Shown: positions 1-14,610, numbered from the stretch's first letter. The stretch: 64,000 bases of DNA from Eledone cirrhosa (GCA_964016885.1 OZ024743.1:286440001-286504000), one strand, 5' to 3'. A program made the numbers and translations. Notes: a model not told the origin generated them from the sequence alone.

Positions 1-345
1 TCACCCAAGGTTCAAGGCGTGGACAGATTTCGCTACACACCAATGGAATAAGAGTATATCCAGGAAGGTTTATTGATTTTATAACATCAAAGATGAAGAA
101 AAACATCCCGGGAATGCTAAACCAACCTGACTGCTATTTTTAGCAGGCTGGGAATCAACCATAAGGGATTCTCTCTGCGCGTTCGTTGTCAGTGATTCTC
201 GTATTTCGCGGCCAGCGTCTCCAATTCGAACGCTGGTTTACACACACACTATAAACAAGACAACGCATCTAATACAGACAGTTTTTCTTCTGTCGGTCTT
301 CTCTTATCATCACTTTCCCCGGGCGAAGCTGGGTACATCAGCTAG
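1..345 (+). mobile_element. Non-autonomous Helitron, 3' end (5' part outside window)
   Basis: GC hairpin CCCGGGCGAAGCTGGG (318-333) followed 8 nt later by CTAG|T (342-346), the canonical Helitron 3' terminus. Confidence 0.65.
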
Positions 346-682
346 TTTCTAATATGTTTCGATGTTTATTGTATACATATATGTATGTCTATCTGTCTGT
401 ATGTATTATGTATGAAAGAATGACAAGTTATATGAATGTAAAATCACGTTTTCTAATATCTATTCTTTTTTCTCTGCCTTGAATAAATGGTTCTCCTCCC
501 TCCTTAGTAAATTTAGTGAGAGGTGTACATAAGGAAGGAAAGAATGTTAAACACGTATCGTGGGTTTTAAATACTTGAGTTAACAGTAAGCGTAAGTAAG
601 CGTCCAAACGATAAGCGTGTTTCTCGCGTCTATGAAACTTCAAGTAATGCATCTCTGAGTCAAACTATTAATACGTATATAT

Positions 683-683
<1 letters not shown>

Positions 684-752
<69 letters not shown>
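684..752. repeat. (TG)n microsatellite
   Basis: Direct reading. Confidence 0.98.
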
Positions 753-754
<2 letters not shown>

Positions 755-879
755 CGTCCGTGTAATTGTGTGTGCGTGTGTAGAGCTACACGAATGTAGT
801 TAATAATGATACAATGGAAGAGTAGGAGAAAAAAACGGCACAAGTAAAATAAATAGTTTAAGAATTAGAATCTTATGTT

Positions 880-1720
880 ATGACCAAGTTTTCTCTTCTT
901 CGGTGTAGTCTTTGCATAAATTCTTTCAGTCTTTATTGTAGATCAACATAATCTTTCTTTCTTTTCTTCATGGGTGTCTCTGCAATTGAATTGCTGTCTA
1001 TCCCACTACTTAAAGCAGCTTCTTCCTTCTGAACTATTCCGATAAGTTCCCAGAGAGATGGATGCTGGTATCCCAAAAGGGAAAATTTGTTGTTTGAGCT
1101 TTCACACAGGTTGTTGATTTTGGGGACAGTTATTCATGGTAGTTTGATGCGTGTTCCAAAGTTTTTGCGGGGATATTGCTGAAATGTACCGTAAATTAAG
1201 TGCTGAACTGCCTGCCTAGGTGCTACATCCTCCTCTTCAGATATATATACTAGAAACATAAATTTAGTTAAAATATACTAGTAGTAGAGCTAGCTCTTCG
1301 AGACATCTAATTTGAGTAGTCGCATTCTTGCTGGGACATCTATCTCTCCACAGAAATTATGAAAATCATCAATGTTTGTAGTAGTTGATCAGATCTAGGT
1401 TCTATCTTTTCCCGGGTATTCTGGATCAGGTAGTAGAATCATCCTTAAATATGTTGTTTCTGGTCCCAAAACACCGTTAATGGTTTGGATGACTATCTGC
1501 TTGAAGTCAACAATTAAGGTTGGTTGGTACAGTTCAATCCCATGGCAGCGAACCATGACTGCTTGCAGCAGTGTTTCATATGTATCTTTTGTTTTAGACT
1601 GCAGACAAGCAAAAACAGCAGAAACTGCAGGATGACTAAATGGCACACGTATTACATAGAGCTGCAGAAATCCAGATGAAGTCGTTGCAGTTGCTTTGGT
1701 CATAACATAAAATGATTGGC
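880..1720 (-). pseudogene. Decayed Mutator-like (MULE) transposase
   Basis: Fragments QLYVIRVP..SAVFACLQSKTKDTYE..IVDFKQ, G*FYYLIQNTREKI (cf. GCFYHLTQ..W.KI), LWNTH..KINNLCESSNNKF..GYQHPSLW; stops and frameshifts. Confidence 0.8.
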
Positions 1721-2046
1721 CACAACATAAGACTTTAGTTGTTAAACTATACATTTTAGCTGAACTATTCTTGTAATACAATATTAATAGATGATTTTAT
1801 CAGTTGATATTTATTTTTTAATCAACTATTTATTTTAGTTGTGGCATTCCCACCTATTTTCCCACTTGTGCCATTTTTATCAGTATAATTTTTTTTGTGT
1901 GCAATCATTTATTGACCTAAACCATATATAACTGTATGTAAATAAACAGGCAAGTTAGAGGGCCCTTAAATCCTGATGGTGATGCAGCGTGTCTTCAGTA
2001 GTTTAAATCTTGTGAAGCCCATCTCTCTACAGGTCGAAACGCAGTC

Positions 2047-2312
2047 CAGGGGCGGTGGAAGCACTTCTGATTTTTTTAGGGGGAGGGGGGGGATTTGGTC
2101 AATTTAGTTGTAGTGATTAGCTTAGCTCTGTGCAACTCTAAAATGGTCAGAAAACTTCGATATGCGATAAACATAACATGTACATAAATTGTAGCGCATA
2201 TCCAAATACATGTATGTTTTGGTAGTTTGAAAAATATAATTATTAGTGTGTGTGTGGGGGGGGGGGGGGGGCATGGCCACGCTGCCTGCTCCCACCAGTT
2301 CCACCGCCCCTG
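2047..2312. mobile_element. hAT-type MITE
   Basis: 14-bp TIR CAGGGGCGGTGGAA / TTCCACCGCCCCTG with G-rich subterminal tracts; no TSD recognisable. Internal 2170-2240 resembles 3865-3941. Confidence 0.7.
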
Positions 2313-2364
<52 letters not shown>

Positions 2365-2491
2365 ATGCTCTGTATCCTTTCCTAAAGAGTTGATATATCG
2401 AGCTTCTTCGCATTTGCTAATAAACTGGTATTATATCCAATTTATTCATCCCCTATATATAAGAAAAATTTGGGACCTCGGCGGCTGAGAC

Positions 2492-2777
2492 CGGCGGTCC
2501 GCCGGTTACTACGATGAGTGTTCCAGTTGATCCGATCAACGGAACTGCCTGCTCGTGGAATTAACGTGCAAGTGGCTGAGCATTCCACAGACACGCGCAC
2601 CTTTAACATAGTTCTCAGGGAGATTCAGCGTGACACAGAAATTGACAAGGCTATACTTCGAATTACAGGCACAACTCATTTTTTTCTAGCTGAGTGGACT
2701 GGAGCAGCGTGAAATAAAGTGTCTTGCTCAAGGACACAACGCGCCAATACCTTAACCACAAAGCCTCGCGCCTTCAC
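2492..2777 (-). mobile_element. tRNA-derived SINE (octopus OK-like family)
   Basis: Head GTGAAGGCGCGAGGCTTTGTGGTTAAG, then TGTGTCCTTGAGCAAGACACTTTA; homologous partial copies at 58009-58190 and 61563-61655. Confidence 0.8.
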
Positions 2778-3124
2778 AGTATATATAAACTGTATATATA
2801 TACATTGATTTATTATGGCTATTGATGAGCTTTGTTACTCTAAAATTTCACCTGCGCACTCACAGGATCACCAGTCATGCCTGATCATCCTGTAATTACT
2901 CAGGTGAAACTCAGGAGTAACAACACTCACCACTTAGTCATAATAAATGAATATTTAAACTCTATTTCGGTATTGAGTTTTCATTCTTACGTCCGTTAAT
3001 AATTCACGTCACGTACTCACAGGTCTCATTATTCATTTTGCACTAAAAAAACATTAAATACGACAATAAAAGAACCTTGCAAGAAATCCCATATTTACGA
3101 ACGTAAACTATACAATTACCGATT

Positions 3125-3865
3125 TCTCAAGCCCCTCCCCCTCATTCCCACCCCTCATATTATTTAGCACCCTCCCTATGTCTAGTACACGGCACTCTCC
3201 CATTATCCTTTCTCTATATCTACAACCATCAAATTTCCCTCTCTCTATATCTAACATATACAACACTCTCCCAATCCCCCGCTTTATATCTATCCTCTCC
3301 AAACTCTCCTCCTCGCCATCTCTACCACACTCTCGTAATCGTTCTCTCTCTATCCCTCACAAACTCCCCCCCCCCCTCTATATCTTTTACGATACTGTCT
3401 CTCCCAACCCCCTCTCTATATTTAGCAATATTTATCTCTCCCAACCCCCTCCTTATATCTACAAGCATTGAAATCTACAACTCTATATCTACTACACGAC
3501 ACTCTCGCTCCCAACCCCCCTTTCTATATCAGTTACTACCAAATTACCCCCTCTCTATATCTACCATACTACACTCTCTCTCATTCCCTCTCACTCTACC
3601 CATCACTACCAAATGCTCCCATTCTCTTTATCTATCAATACCTACCTCTATCTATCCTCTCACTCATTATTCAGTATCACCAAACTCTCCCTCTCTCTAT
3701 ATCTACTACTACACGGAACTCTCTTCTAATCCCTCTCTATATCAATTAACACCAAACTCTCTCGCTCTCTATATCTACGACACGGAACTCTCTTCCAATC
3801 CCCTTCTCTATCAATAAACATCAATCTCTCCCCCTCTCTATATCTATCTCTCCCATCTATATCTA
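3125..3865. repeat. Degenerate C/T-rich minisatellite (~30-35 bp unit, CTCTCTATATCTAC...ACTCTCTCCCAA.CCCC)
   Basis: Recurring motif with strong pyrimidine strand skew. Confidence 0.75.
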
Positions 3866-3994
3866 CATAACATGTACATAAATTGTGGCGCATATACAAA
3901 TAGATTTGTGTTTTAGTATTTTGAGAAGAAAAATATAATTCTAGAGAAGGAGAGTGAGAGGGAAAGGGTAGGAAAAAGAGATATAGATAAAAAT

Positions 3995-4153
3995 AAAATC
4001 GTCCTCAGTACTTGACTGGTACTTTATTTGTCGAACTTGATCGGGTGAAAGGCAAAATTAACTTTGGCGAGATTTAAACTCAGAGTGCAGTGGGCTAGAA
4101 CAAACGTGGAGGCATTTTTAATTCGACTTCCTAATAACTACCAATTCTCCGCC
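3995..4153 (-). mobile_element. tRNA-derived SINE (OR-like), diverged
   Basis: Reverse complement resembles 29717-29905 (GGCGG..TGG..TTAG..CTGAGTTTAAATCTCGCC..TTTGCCTTTCA..AAAGTACCAGT). Confidence 0.7.
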
Positions 4154-4699
4154 TTTATGTAAATAGATCTAAACATCAACATTTAGAGACGAGGGCAAAT
4201 TTGTTAAGTTGATGTAAGGCTTTAGAAAATAATTACTGACACGTGAGTCAGTAAATTTATTAAAAAATTACCATATGCATCAAGTTATTAATATCTCATC
4301 ACTAGGGTGGTATAAATAAACATTTTACGGTGCAATTAGGCATGTTCATTAAAAGGTTTAATGTAAATGAATTAAGTCAATTGTACCGTGACGACCTACT
4401 GTGTTTATTTAGAATGTTTTCTGTTAATTAACAGATTGACTTCGAATGTAATTACAGATTAATGAAAATGTTATTACATAGATTTCAACAATCATTTACG
4501 AGCCAAAAAGGAACCCTCTACGCTGTTGCTTGAGTGCTAGTAATAGCAACCTAAACTGCCTCAAATTCTTCAACGTTGTTTTATATAAATTGAATAATTG
4601 AATCCTAAATATATTATGTTTGAAAAATAGATTGATTACGACTGGACGACCTTTGATCACATGGAAAGGGGGTCGTATATGAGGGTACTATATGCCATC

Positions 4700-6477
4700 A
4701 AATACGGTACTTCTCAGTTTCAGTAGATTTGACACCCTACATGGCTCATGTTGATCAGTTTATAATTATTGTGCGATATGTTGTTTCTAGGAAGCCGGTA
4801 AAAAAAGTATTTGCGGGTTAGTTTTCACAAGGCTGAAATACGAGCTATTTCTCTGCTACCATTTTAAAAAGATGATGGAATTGACTTTGAAAACTGCAAA
4901 GGGCAGTCCTATGGCATTGTCAGCAATATGTCTGGTCACTACATAGGAATGCAACCCAGGCATAAAGATAAGAACCCGGCTGTTGTCATCCCTTTTACTG
5001 CTATTTCATTGAATCTAGTTGAACAGTTTACTGCCTCATGCTGTAGTGAAACTATCAATTATTTTGGTTTCATACATAAGTTATACACTTTTTCCCCCAT
5101 CAATATGCAGGTAGGAAAATCTAATGAAGTCTTTGGAAAGTATAAAAAGAACACTAATTGTATATGTCAAACACGCATTGGTCAGTAAGAACTGAAGTCC
5201 TCGTAGATGTGTATGACTCCGAGATATTGAAAGAGACTTGGAACAAACACCTGAAGCGGGATATGAAGCACAGACATTGGCAGACAAAGTGGATTGTGTG
5301 GAAATTTCGCTGATGGCCAAGATCTGAAATTTAATTTGTATACAATTGAACAGCACAAACAAAAATGTTCAACTCTTAATACCTATCCATTTCGGGATAG
5401 GTATTAAGAGTTGAAACTAAAAGCGTCTTGAACGTCTAAGCTATCACTAACTACAGTGCAACAATAGGTAGGCTAGCATGACAATGCAAATCAAACATCA
5501 GTCTGAGAGGAAATTGTTCGTTCTCCGGGAGACAGACTCAGATGCAGGACTTTCAATGCATTAATACAATTTTAGATTAGATGTGTTTCCTTAGAAAAAT
5601 ACAGGTTAGCCTAAGAATTAGTGCAGAAGTTGAAAACCATAGTGAAAGTGTGTAGTTTATCTGGTGCAGAGATAAGAACTGAAGCTGAGAAATTTATCAC
5701 TGCCTTGTGAACTTAGTTATGTGATGATGGGAGAAATTGTCCATTTTGCAGACATTCCCAAGCTCAGATAATGTCTCAAGCAGTGTTATTCAATGATGAA
5801 TGGCTTGCTGATACCATTCCAGGTGTTGATGTAGTTCTTAAAATATATTTGAGTTTCATAGTTAGTGAGATCATTCAGCAAATTACCACTCATAAAGATT
5901 TACCTGAGAATCATTATGACCCACAAAATACTAAGTACTCTCTGCTACAAGATGTAGAGGGCAGTGTTCCGAAGATGATGCCGTTTGATGAGTTCATTCA
6001 AGATTTTTCAGATGTGGAAAGAAAGACTTGTTGTAGGTATTGTAGTGATACATAGCATTATAAGGAGGTATGACTTACTGTACTTAGTTTAGGTAACGTT
6101 TTGTATTTATAGATGCGTTTAACCTTATTACGGTGGATTTGATACGTTTTGGGTTAAGCTAAAATCTTTGTGACCGCTTGACACTAACATGTCAGTACAT
6201 TTATACATAACATTTAACATGTACCTATTATGTATATATTATGTAAGTTTTCATTTAACATTTATGTATGTATCTCTATTATTTACAATTATGTATTACA
6301 GGTCAGGTTTTTGCATTTAACATTTGTATGTATTTATAACTAGTCAATTCCAGTTACATACAATAAGCAGGGGTGTTATGTAATTTTGTGGATTTGCTGT
6401 ATATTATAATTGTTGTCTGATGTGAGGGCACCAGGCTCATAGTGCTCTGGACCCCTAATGGTCTTAATCCGGCCCTG
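4700..6477 (+). pseudogene. Decayed hAT (Tip100/ZMYM-like) transposon with right TIR
   Basis: D.TP.MAHVDQFIIIVRYV, CKGQSYGIVSNMSGHYIGMQ, PFTAISLNLV (cf. PCAAHSLNLV), C-terminal FDEFIQDFS..ERK; terminal TAATCCGGCCCTG ending at 6477. Confidence 0.8.
5368..5415. repeat. Perfect 21-bp-stem palindrome
   Basis: TTCAACTCTTAATACCTATCC-ATTTCG-GGATAGGTATTAAGAGTTGAA. Confidence 0.95.
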
Positions 6478-6534
6478 TTAAAATTACGTATATATTTCCA
6501 TTTTCTTATAATTAACTAAAAGTTATATGTGAAC

Positions 6535-7330
6535 ATTTATTGCAAAAAATTCAAGTGTCTTTTGTGGTTATGAAAACGGAAAAGGATGGGAAAGACAAGG
6601 GCTCTAGGGTCACAGAAGAATGGGGGTGGGGATGGGGAAGGAAAAGGGGGAAGGGGTTCAGGGCCTAGGGTACATGGTATTGGGGCGGCGCCCTGCGGAC
6701 AATGGCCAGCGACATTCGCTGCAACAGCCACCTCACCTCGCGGGGCTCCTTCTTCAGGCGGGCTGCTGACGTTCCGATCTTGTGAAGGAGCTCGGCAGTA
6801 CGGGGTCCAAGTACGTTGAGGTCCCGACGGCGACCGATGCGAAGAGGAAGCGGCCGGACAATCCCCGGTATTTGTTTATCACCCTTTCCTCTGCTTTGCG
6901 GGCCCCAATACCGGGGTTTATGGCCGAAACCACTAAGCTGGAGGAGGAGACCGTGTCACAACATGTGGCGTCACATATGAGGGATCTACCTCCTACGAAT
7001 GAGAAGAGGGTAATTCCGTCCGTCGAGGCACTTGGTGTGTCGAGGCTCCTTCTCAATATGTCATTGGGAGCGGCATGTCGGGGACCCGGCAAGACAGTGG
7101 GTACAGGCCGAACTTGTCAACGACCGCTCCGCAACGGCATTTATGTGGTTCACACACGTGGAGGCCGAGGCGTTGGGCCACTCCGATGCGAGTCCACTCG
7201 TCATCAAGAAGGGTACCTGTTGATGAGGAGAGCACCAAATTGAGCCACGCGCCGCTGTTTGGTTGTGAAGCGGAGTGGAGGTAAGCAAGGCAGTGTTGGT
7301 CAAAGTCAGACTCGATCCGCCTGAAGGAAG
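6535..7330 (-). mobile_element. CRE-like non-LTR retrotransposon, 5'-truncated (Zn knuckle + RLE nuclease)
   Basis: RIGVAQRLGLHVCEPHKCRCG..VD..G..LSC, RHAAPNDILRRSL, LICDATCCDT, AEERVINKYRGL..F..VAVGTS; AATAAA near 6536-6541; frameshifted. Confidence 0.75.
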
Positions 7331-9229
7331 ACCTGCACTTGATGTCGTCTCAGTTACGTTGGACAAAAGTTATATTGTCAGCTAGATAATGTGTTGTTGA
7401 ATTGGTAAATTCTATCAATTACATCGGTCACGCGCTGGAAATGAATGAGATTTTACTGGGTTTTTTTTGGGGGGGGGGGGGGCGTCCTAACAAATCTGGC
7501 CTCCGGAAAGTAACGACGATAAAATAGGTGTAATTTGCCAAATAGTCACACACACACACACACACACATACACACACACACACATATATATATGTGGTTG
7601 TGTATGTATATATATGTATATATACACACACACACACATGTATTATTAGTTATTTATACAGAAAAATATGAAAATAAATACATAATAGTAAAATTACCCT
7701 TTGATAATTAGTAAAATAGCCGAACTCGGAATCCAAGGAGATTTTAAGCAAATCCGTAGGTAAGTAAGACTATAAAGAATTCAAAGATAAATATTTGCAA
7801 TATCACCTTAAAAAACGGTTGAAAAACGGAACACTCTTGATGGTTGAATGGTACAACTGTCGGTTACGTAGCTGTAAATTACACACTGTAAAGAGTTCAA
7901 TCCCTAAAGAAGTTAGAACGTAGATGCAGTGAGCGACCGTTCGTTTTCGGCTTCGCTCGGCTCTGCCCCGCTTGCCTTGGCCACGAAGTCCTTCTGCTGG
8001 ATTTAACCAAGCGAGTTGACTGCGGCTAGGGATGATTAATTTTCAACCCAACGTGTTTGCACTAACTGCGTCGCACGCATTCATGATATATAAAGATGGT
8101 ATTTGTGTGTCAAAATATTTGATGTTTCTACTTTTTACTTTTCTTTCAAGAAACAATCTTTGTTCATTTATATTGTTTTGTAAGAGTTAAAAGCATTGGT
8201 AAATATTTGTTATTGGTTCATAAACTGACTTTTTATGGTGGTTATACTTTGTTTTATTTTCCGAAAAAGTGCCTATCATCAAATCTTCCTGTCTCGAATT
8301 TATACATTTAAATATTTACTATACAAATAGACGGTGGAAATTTTTCCATGTGAAAGTGTGTGATGACGCAAAAACGGTTGGGAATCCCTGATCTAATTTT
8401 TGGTTGTTTGCCCGATGTTACCTCTTATACAACAGTCTTATGAAAACAGGTGTTCCAGCCATGACCATCCCATCGTTTTGTAGAGAATGTTTCAAGGCGC
8501 ACATTCAATGTACCCTTTATTTTCTGATACGCTAAGTTAAAATTGGCTGCTATTTGTAGTAATCAGAATGATCATGTAGAGCAGGAGTGGGATAGCCCTT
8601 TGCATAAGTACCTGTAGGATGCATCTATACTGAAAAAAAAATAACATCTTTAATTTCCCAAATACATAGATATGCATCTTATATTGGTTTATGGTCCTAA
8701 GGTTTAAAGCGTTTTCTTTCTTTTTTTCTTTCTTTCTTTTGCTCATATTGTGGTTTTTAAGACTTCGTTAGCAGTCGTTTTTACATTTGAAAATAGGCGA
8801 AGTTTCGTCCGAGGTCAAGGTGCTTCCAATCGCTGATATATAGCGGCTTTCTCTGTTGGGTTGTTATTCTAATATTGACAAATGTCAGGAATTGTAGAAT
8901 CGGTAGAACAGCAAACAGTACAAGGCAGAGCTTAGGTATAGTTATTTACGACGCATACTTTACGTACTAGTAGTATACAAAGGTGTTATTGGGCATTACA
9001 GGTCTACACACGATGCCTCGCTGTTATATGCGAAACAGCACGAATGTTTCGTAGCTCCCGGAGGAAGGAAGAACACTGAAAAGCAAAACAAACCCAGAAG
9101 AACGGACAAATATATGTCGGTGTTTACTTTTGTCTTTTTATGCTCTTACTTACACATGCTGTCTGGCAACGAGTATCAGCACTTTGTCTTTCTTCTTGCC
9201 GTGGTCAAGTATTCAACTATCCCCACTGA

Positions 9230-9430
9230 CAACGAACTTATTAATGCAGTGGAGAGTTCTGGTGTCTAAGGCCACCTCCCTACTCACCACCATCAGCACA
9301 GAGTGGGTTACCTGCAGGTATAAGCCTCGTTAGCTGAAATGGCTCTTCCAACGCGTCTCCCTCACCATCCTCCAGGGAAATACCTTCTCTATTCTGTCTG
9401 CCGGGGCCGCGGGGCGACCAGCGCGTGGGC
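9230..9430 (+). mobile_element. CRE-like 3' fragment, decayed
   Basis: AVESSGV*G ... WLFQRVSLTILQGNTFSIL, the RLE C-terminal motif. Confidence 0.55.
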
Positions 9431-10936
9431 CCCCATTTGCTCATAATACTGAGAGATGGGGAGAGCGGGTGAGACGGAGTCAGTGACAGTGGGAGTTTGG
9501 TTCCTTTGTGTTTGGACTTGGTGTATATGTATATGTTTCACGGACACACACTCATACTGAGTCACATCTTATACGTACTTATGCCTACTTCTATATCCAA
9601 GTTATCAACATGAAATATTCTAGGAAGGCATGGTGTACATATATCCAACTTTATATTCATCCTACTACAAACACACATAAAAAATGTTTAGTAAATGAAG
9701 GGCATTAACGAACGGAACTATATACAATCGTAATCTATACTATAGAAACTTACCTCTGCAAAATTTTATGGAAAAAAGTATCTACATCAACTGAAAACTA
9801 TCACATTTCATAATGGCATCTCCTTTTACAACTCTTCTCTTATTCTCTCTTTCCTCTCTTTTGATTTTAGAGGAGTTTAAAGAAGAAATCAGAAGAAAAT
9901 AAAAGAGAAAAAATGAAGTAGTAGATTTTTGATTTACAGACTTCGGAAGAAATAACCGGCAACCGTAACATACAAGAACCAGCAACCGTAACATACGAGT
10001 AGTTTAGGTTTTTGATTCTTTGATATTGCTAACACAAACAAATATTTCATATTTAAGTGTGCATTCTGAGGACAAATTTCTTTTAATGTGAAGTATATAC
10101 AATCAGTTTTTGTTGTCAACACGAACAACCATTTAAAATCAATGATTCCCAAAGCGGACGCTATTGTGTGTGGGGCACAGGGAGACTCAAGAAGGGCACT
10201 GTAAAGAAAGACGTGGTAAGGGGCTGTTGGAAGGTAAGAAGTGGTGAGAGAGAGACGAAGAATACAAATTAATAGGTGCTCCTATAACGTTTGGTTATTT
10301 AATAAATGCTTAAATATATTTTTTTATATCAAAATTTTAAATTCAAAGTATATTTTATTTTATTAATTGATTTATTTTTAGTTTAGAGACACTTTATTAT
10401 ACAAAGGTGCTTATACAAGGATGCTGATGAATTATATCCTCTAAAAGGGAGGTGGAAGTCAAAAATAAAAGATATTTGATACTTCTAACCAGAACACGTA
10501 CACACACATTCTATGAAGCACACAACTATAGTAGCGCACATGATGGTGCTCCACTATTTTCCACTCTTTCTCTCTCTTCTCCAACACTTTGCATCCCTCT
10601 TTTCTCCTTATCCCTCCTACTTGTACTATATTGTATATAAATGATGAACTCTTGATGTAAAAAAAGTATTGACCGGAAGCACTTTAAGACCTTTCACAGC
10701 ATGCGGATGTCGGACATGTGATGGTGACATACAACCATCTCAACACCGGTTTCTTGACTGATGCAGTTATTTTTAATTAGTTTAACTTATGACAGATTAG
10801 AGATAAAGTTCCCCGAAATCGGGACAGTCGGCGAAGGTTCACTTATGCCGTTGGGAAATGCATGAATGTTATGCTTTATTTAAGTACTTCTTGAAATATT
10901 GAAGAACCTTTATGCCAAACAAGAAGAAACCAATAT

Positions 10937-11495
10937 AGTGACATGTTCTCCGCCTCCAACTTAATCGCTTCGGCCACAAACCCCGGTGCCGCGGCGGCCC
11001 ACAGTGCAAAGGATAGGAAGACAAACAAATACCGGGGCTTGTCCGGCCGCTTCCTCTTTGCACCGACCGCCGTCGAGACCTCTGGCGTCCTCGGATCCCG
11101 TACAGCCGAACTCCCCGTAAACTCGGAATGAGAGCAGCCCGTCTGAGGAAGGAGCCGCACGAGGTGGGGTTGCTGTTGCAGCGGGTGTCACTGGACATTG
11201 TCCGCGGAAATGCATCTGCAATTCTGTTCGCGGAGCGTAGCCGAAACATCGCTTCGACCTAGGTGTAGAGCCTGTCACCTTCTCTTCTTTCCCTTTCTTT
11301 CTTCCGTTGCCTAATAGCCCTTGCTCTTCCCCTCCTTTTCCTCCCAGTTGTGGCATTTATAATCCTTTCTTTTACTTCCCTATACAGCCAGATCTGCCTT
11401 TCTTTACCCCTTCCCCTTTTTTTTCATTACTTGATTTTTTTTTTTAGCATTTTTAAAATATTTCCATCATTGTATAACTTTTGTTCAATAAATAC
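10937..11495 (+). mobile_element. CRE-like 3' fragment
   Basis: NPGAAAAHSAKDRKTNKYRGLSGRFLFAPTAVETSGVLG ... LQRVSLDIVRGNASAIL; paralogous to 6700-6950; pyrimidine-rich 3' UTR and AATAAA at ~11487. Confidence 0.75.
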
Positions 11496-11659
11496 AAGAA
11501 TTTATAATATTTAAAAAATTAATCGAATAAAAAAAGTTTATATGTTAAATCTAATTTAAAACAAGAATGTAACTCGGAGATCAGAATCACTCTAAGTAGA
11601 GTCGCTACTTCTCCGAATTGAGAGATCACAGCTCCGATACTACAGATATGTAGTTAGAA

Positions 11660-11830
11660 TGTCTCAGGAACGAATCCCTGGATAGATTTTACGGGCATAA
11701 CAAACCGGCAGAGGGCCCAGGGGTAGACCCCAGCAAGATGATTGAATAACATCCATGAGCTTGGCTGGTCTCGCTTGGGGATCCAGCCGGATCAGTTGGA
11801 CACGGTTGCTTCTGACAGGACCTGCTAGAA
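11660..11830 (+). mobile_element. RTE-type LINE 3' relic
   Basis: Broken translation R.PRGRP..R..NNIHELGWSRLGIQP..VASDR, typical of RTE C-termini. Confidence 0.4.
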
Positions 11831-12231
11831 TGAGTGTTGTTAAATCAATCATTGAAACGAATAAGACTTGCAGAGAAGTGCTACAGGAAATATCAAGAAA
11901 GATTATTTTTCTATCGGGAAGAATAATTCAAATAGATTTTCCGAGACCTATGTGGAGATTAGATCTTATCATTGTAAGCTAACAAAACATTAATTATATA
12001 TTCTTCTTTCTCTTTACAGTGGTGAGCTGAACCTGTTTCATGGTTTTTATTTACAAGTACATAACTGGCCTAAAAGTGAAAGTTAAGTGTCTTTGCCATA
12101 GAAAGTGTGCTGTCGTTGAAGGGATACGATCTATGAACTGTTTAGTTGATAGCATGACACCAACTCAGCTGGATCAACTACGATTTTTATCTGAATCTGG
12201 CTGAAAGAAAGAAAATGAGATTTGATATATA

Positions 12232-12327
12232 CAGGGTGTCCCGCAAAAATGTATGCACACTTCAACAGTATTCTAATAAACATTGCCTGTACAGGTAATC
12301 AATGTGTGTATACATTTTTGGGACACC

Positions 12328-12330
<3 letters not shown>
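12232..12330. mobile_element. Tc1/mariner MITE (99 bp)
   Basis: TIR CAGGGTGTCCC(GC)AAAAATGTAT.CACAC / GTGTGTATACATTTTTGGGACACCCTG, TA on both sides. Confidence 0.9.
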
Positions 12331-12362
<32 letters not shown>

Positions 12363-13029
12363 CGTGTGTGTGTACACGCGCGCACACGCACACACATATA
12401 TTATGCAGTTGTGAAATGAAATCTACTTGAAGCGCTGGCACCAATCCAATAATTTCAAGCATTCAAGCATTTATTCCTTTTACCCTCATATCTTGGAGGC
12501 TATCAACACTATTTATATAATTAATTCCTTTTTCTATAATTACCATGAAGTCATTCAAATAATTTATCAGAAAAAACTAAACATATGACCCAATCTGTAG
12601 GAGATTATATAAAGAAATTGTCATAGACCTTCATCATTGTGAATTTATGATGTCATTGAAAGAGGCAACAGATTGCGAATTAATTTTATTTTTATCTAAA
12701 ATAAAGGTTCTCAACGGGGGCATATACGTTTTGTAGTCCCAGGGGGGGGGGGGCGTTATGCAGTAAGGAGGCATTTGAAACTTTGAGGGCGCTAGAAGCC
12801 CTTTTAGTTTGGTAAGCTTTATAAACCATATTTGTACGTCTCTTAGACATTCAGTGATTTGAATGAAGAAAACAAAGAAAATAAATTAAAGAAGCTTGTC
12901 AACGAATTCCCTAGGGAGATAAAAGAAAATCAAAAGAAATCAAGGTGAATGAAAGTAAGGACTACTTCAACAGAAATAACAAGAAGAAGCAATGGTGGTG
13001 AACATACACACACATACATACACGTATAG

Positions 13030-13078
<49 letters not shown>

Positions 13079-13225
13079 CACACAGGCCGGCGTTAGTGTT
13101 TGATGAAGTTGAGAACCTGGTCAGCTTTCAGCCAGTGCTGTGGTATTTAATCTCCCTAGGTAATAAAATCTGGCGACAAAAATGTTCTTCTTACCCCCAA
13201 AATAAGTCATAGATCATACCAACAT

Positions 13226-13320
13226 CCTTACACACTTAAATATAAATGCATGTATATATACAAATGTATAAATGCATAGCTATATACATACGTAAATGTA
13301 TGTATATATGTATGTATGTA

Positions 13321-13330
<10 letters not shown>
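13226..13330 (+). repeat. Left arm of ~100-bp inverted repeat (partner 22732-22834)
   Basis: CCTTACACACTTAAATATAAATGCATG...GCATAGCTATATACATACGTAAATG...GTAGATTT is the reverse complement of 22741-22834 with few differences. Confidence 0.9.
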
Positions 13331-14486
<1,156 letters not shown>

Positions 14487-14610
14487 TGAATATAGACATA
14501 GAATATTCGAAAATATTCTGTATGTTTATAATAAACATTTTGAAGACCTAATCGCTATAGAATAGAATACGTCACGTATTACAATTAGATTCTCGATAAA
14601 AGCAAGGGAA

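Noticed and set aside
2000-2050. Hammerhead-like TGAAGCC...GGTCGAAACGCAGTC
   Set aside because: CUGA core is broken (CTTGTGA) and stems are poor; at most a relic
12001-12027. Polypyrimidine-CAG followed by GTGAG (micro-exon)
   Set aside because: Would be a 2-nt exon with no supporting gene context
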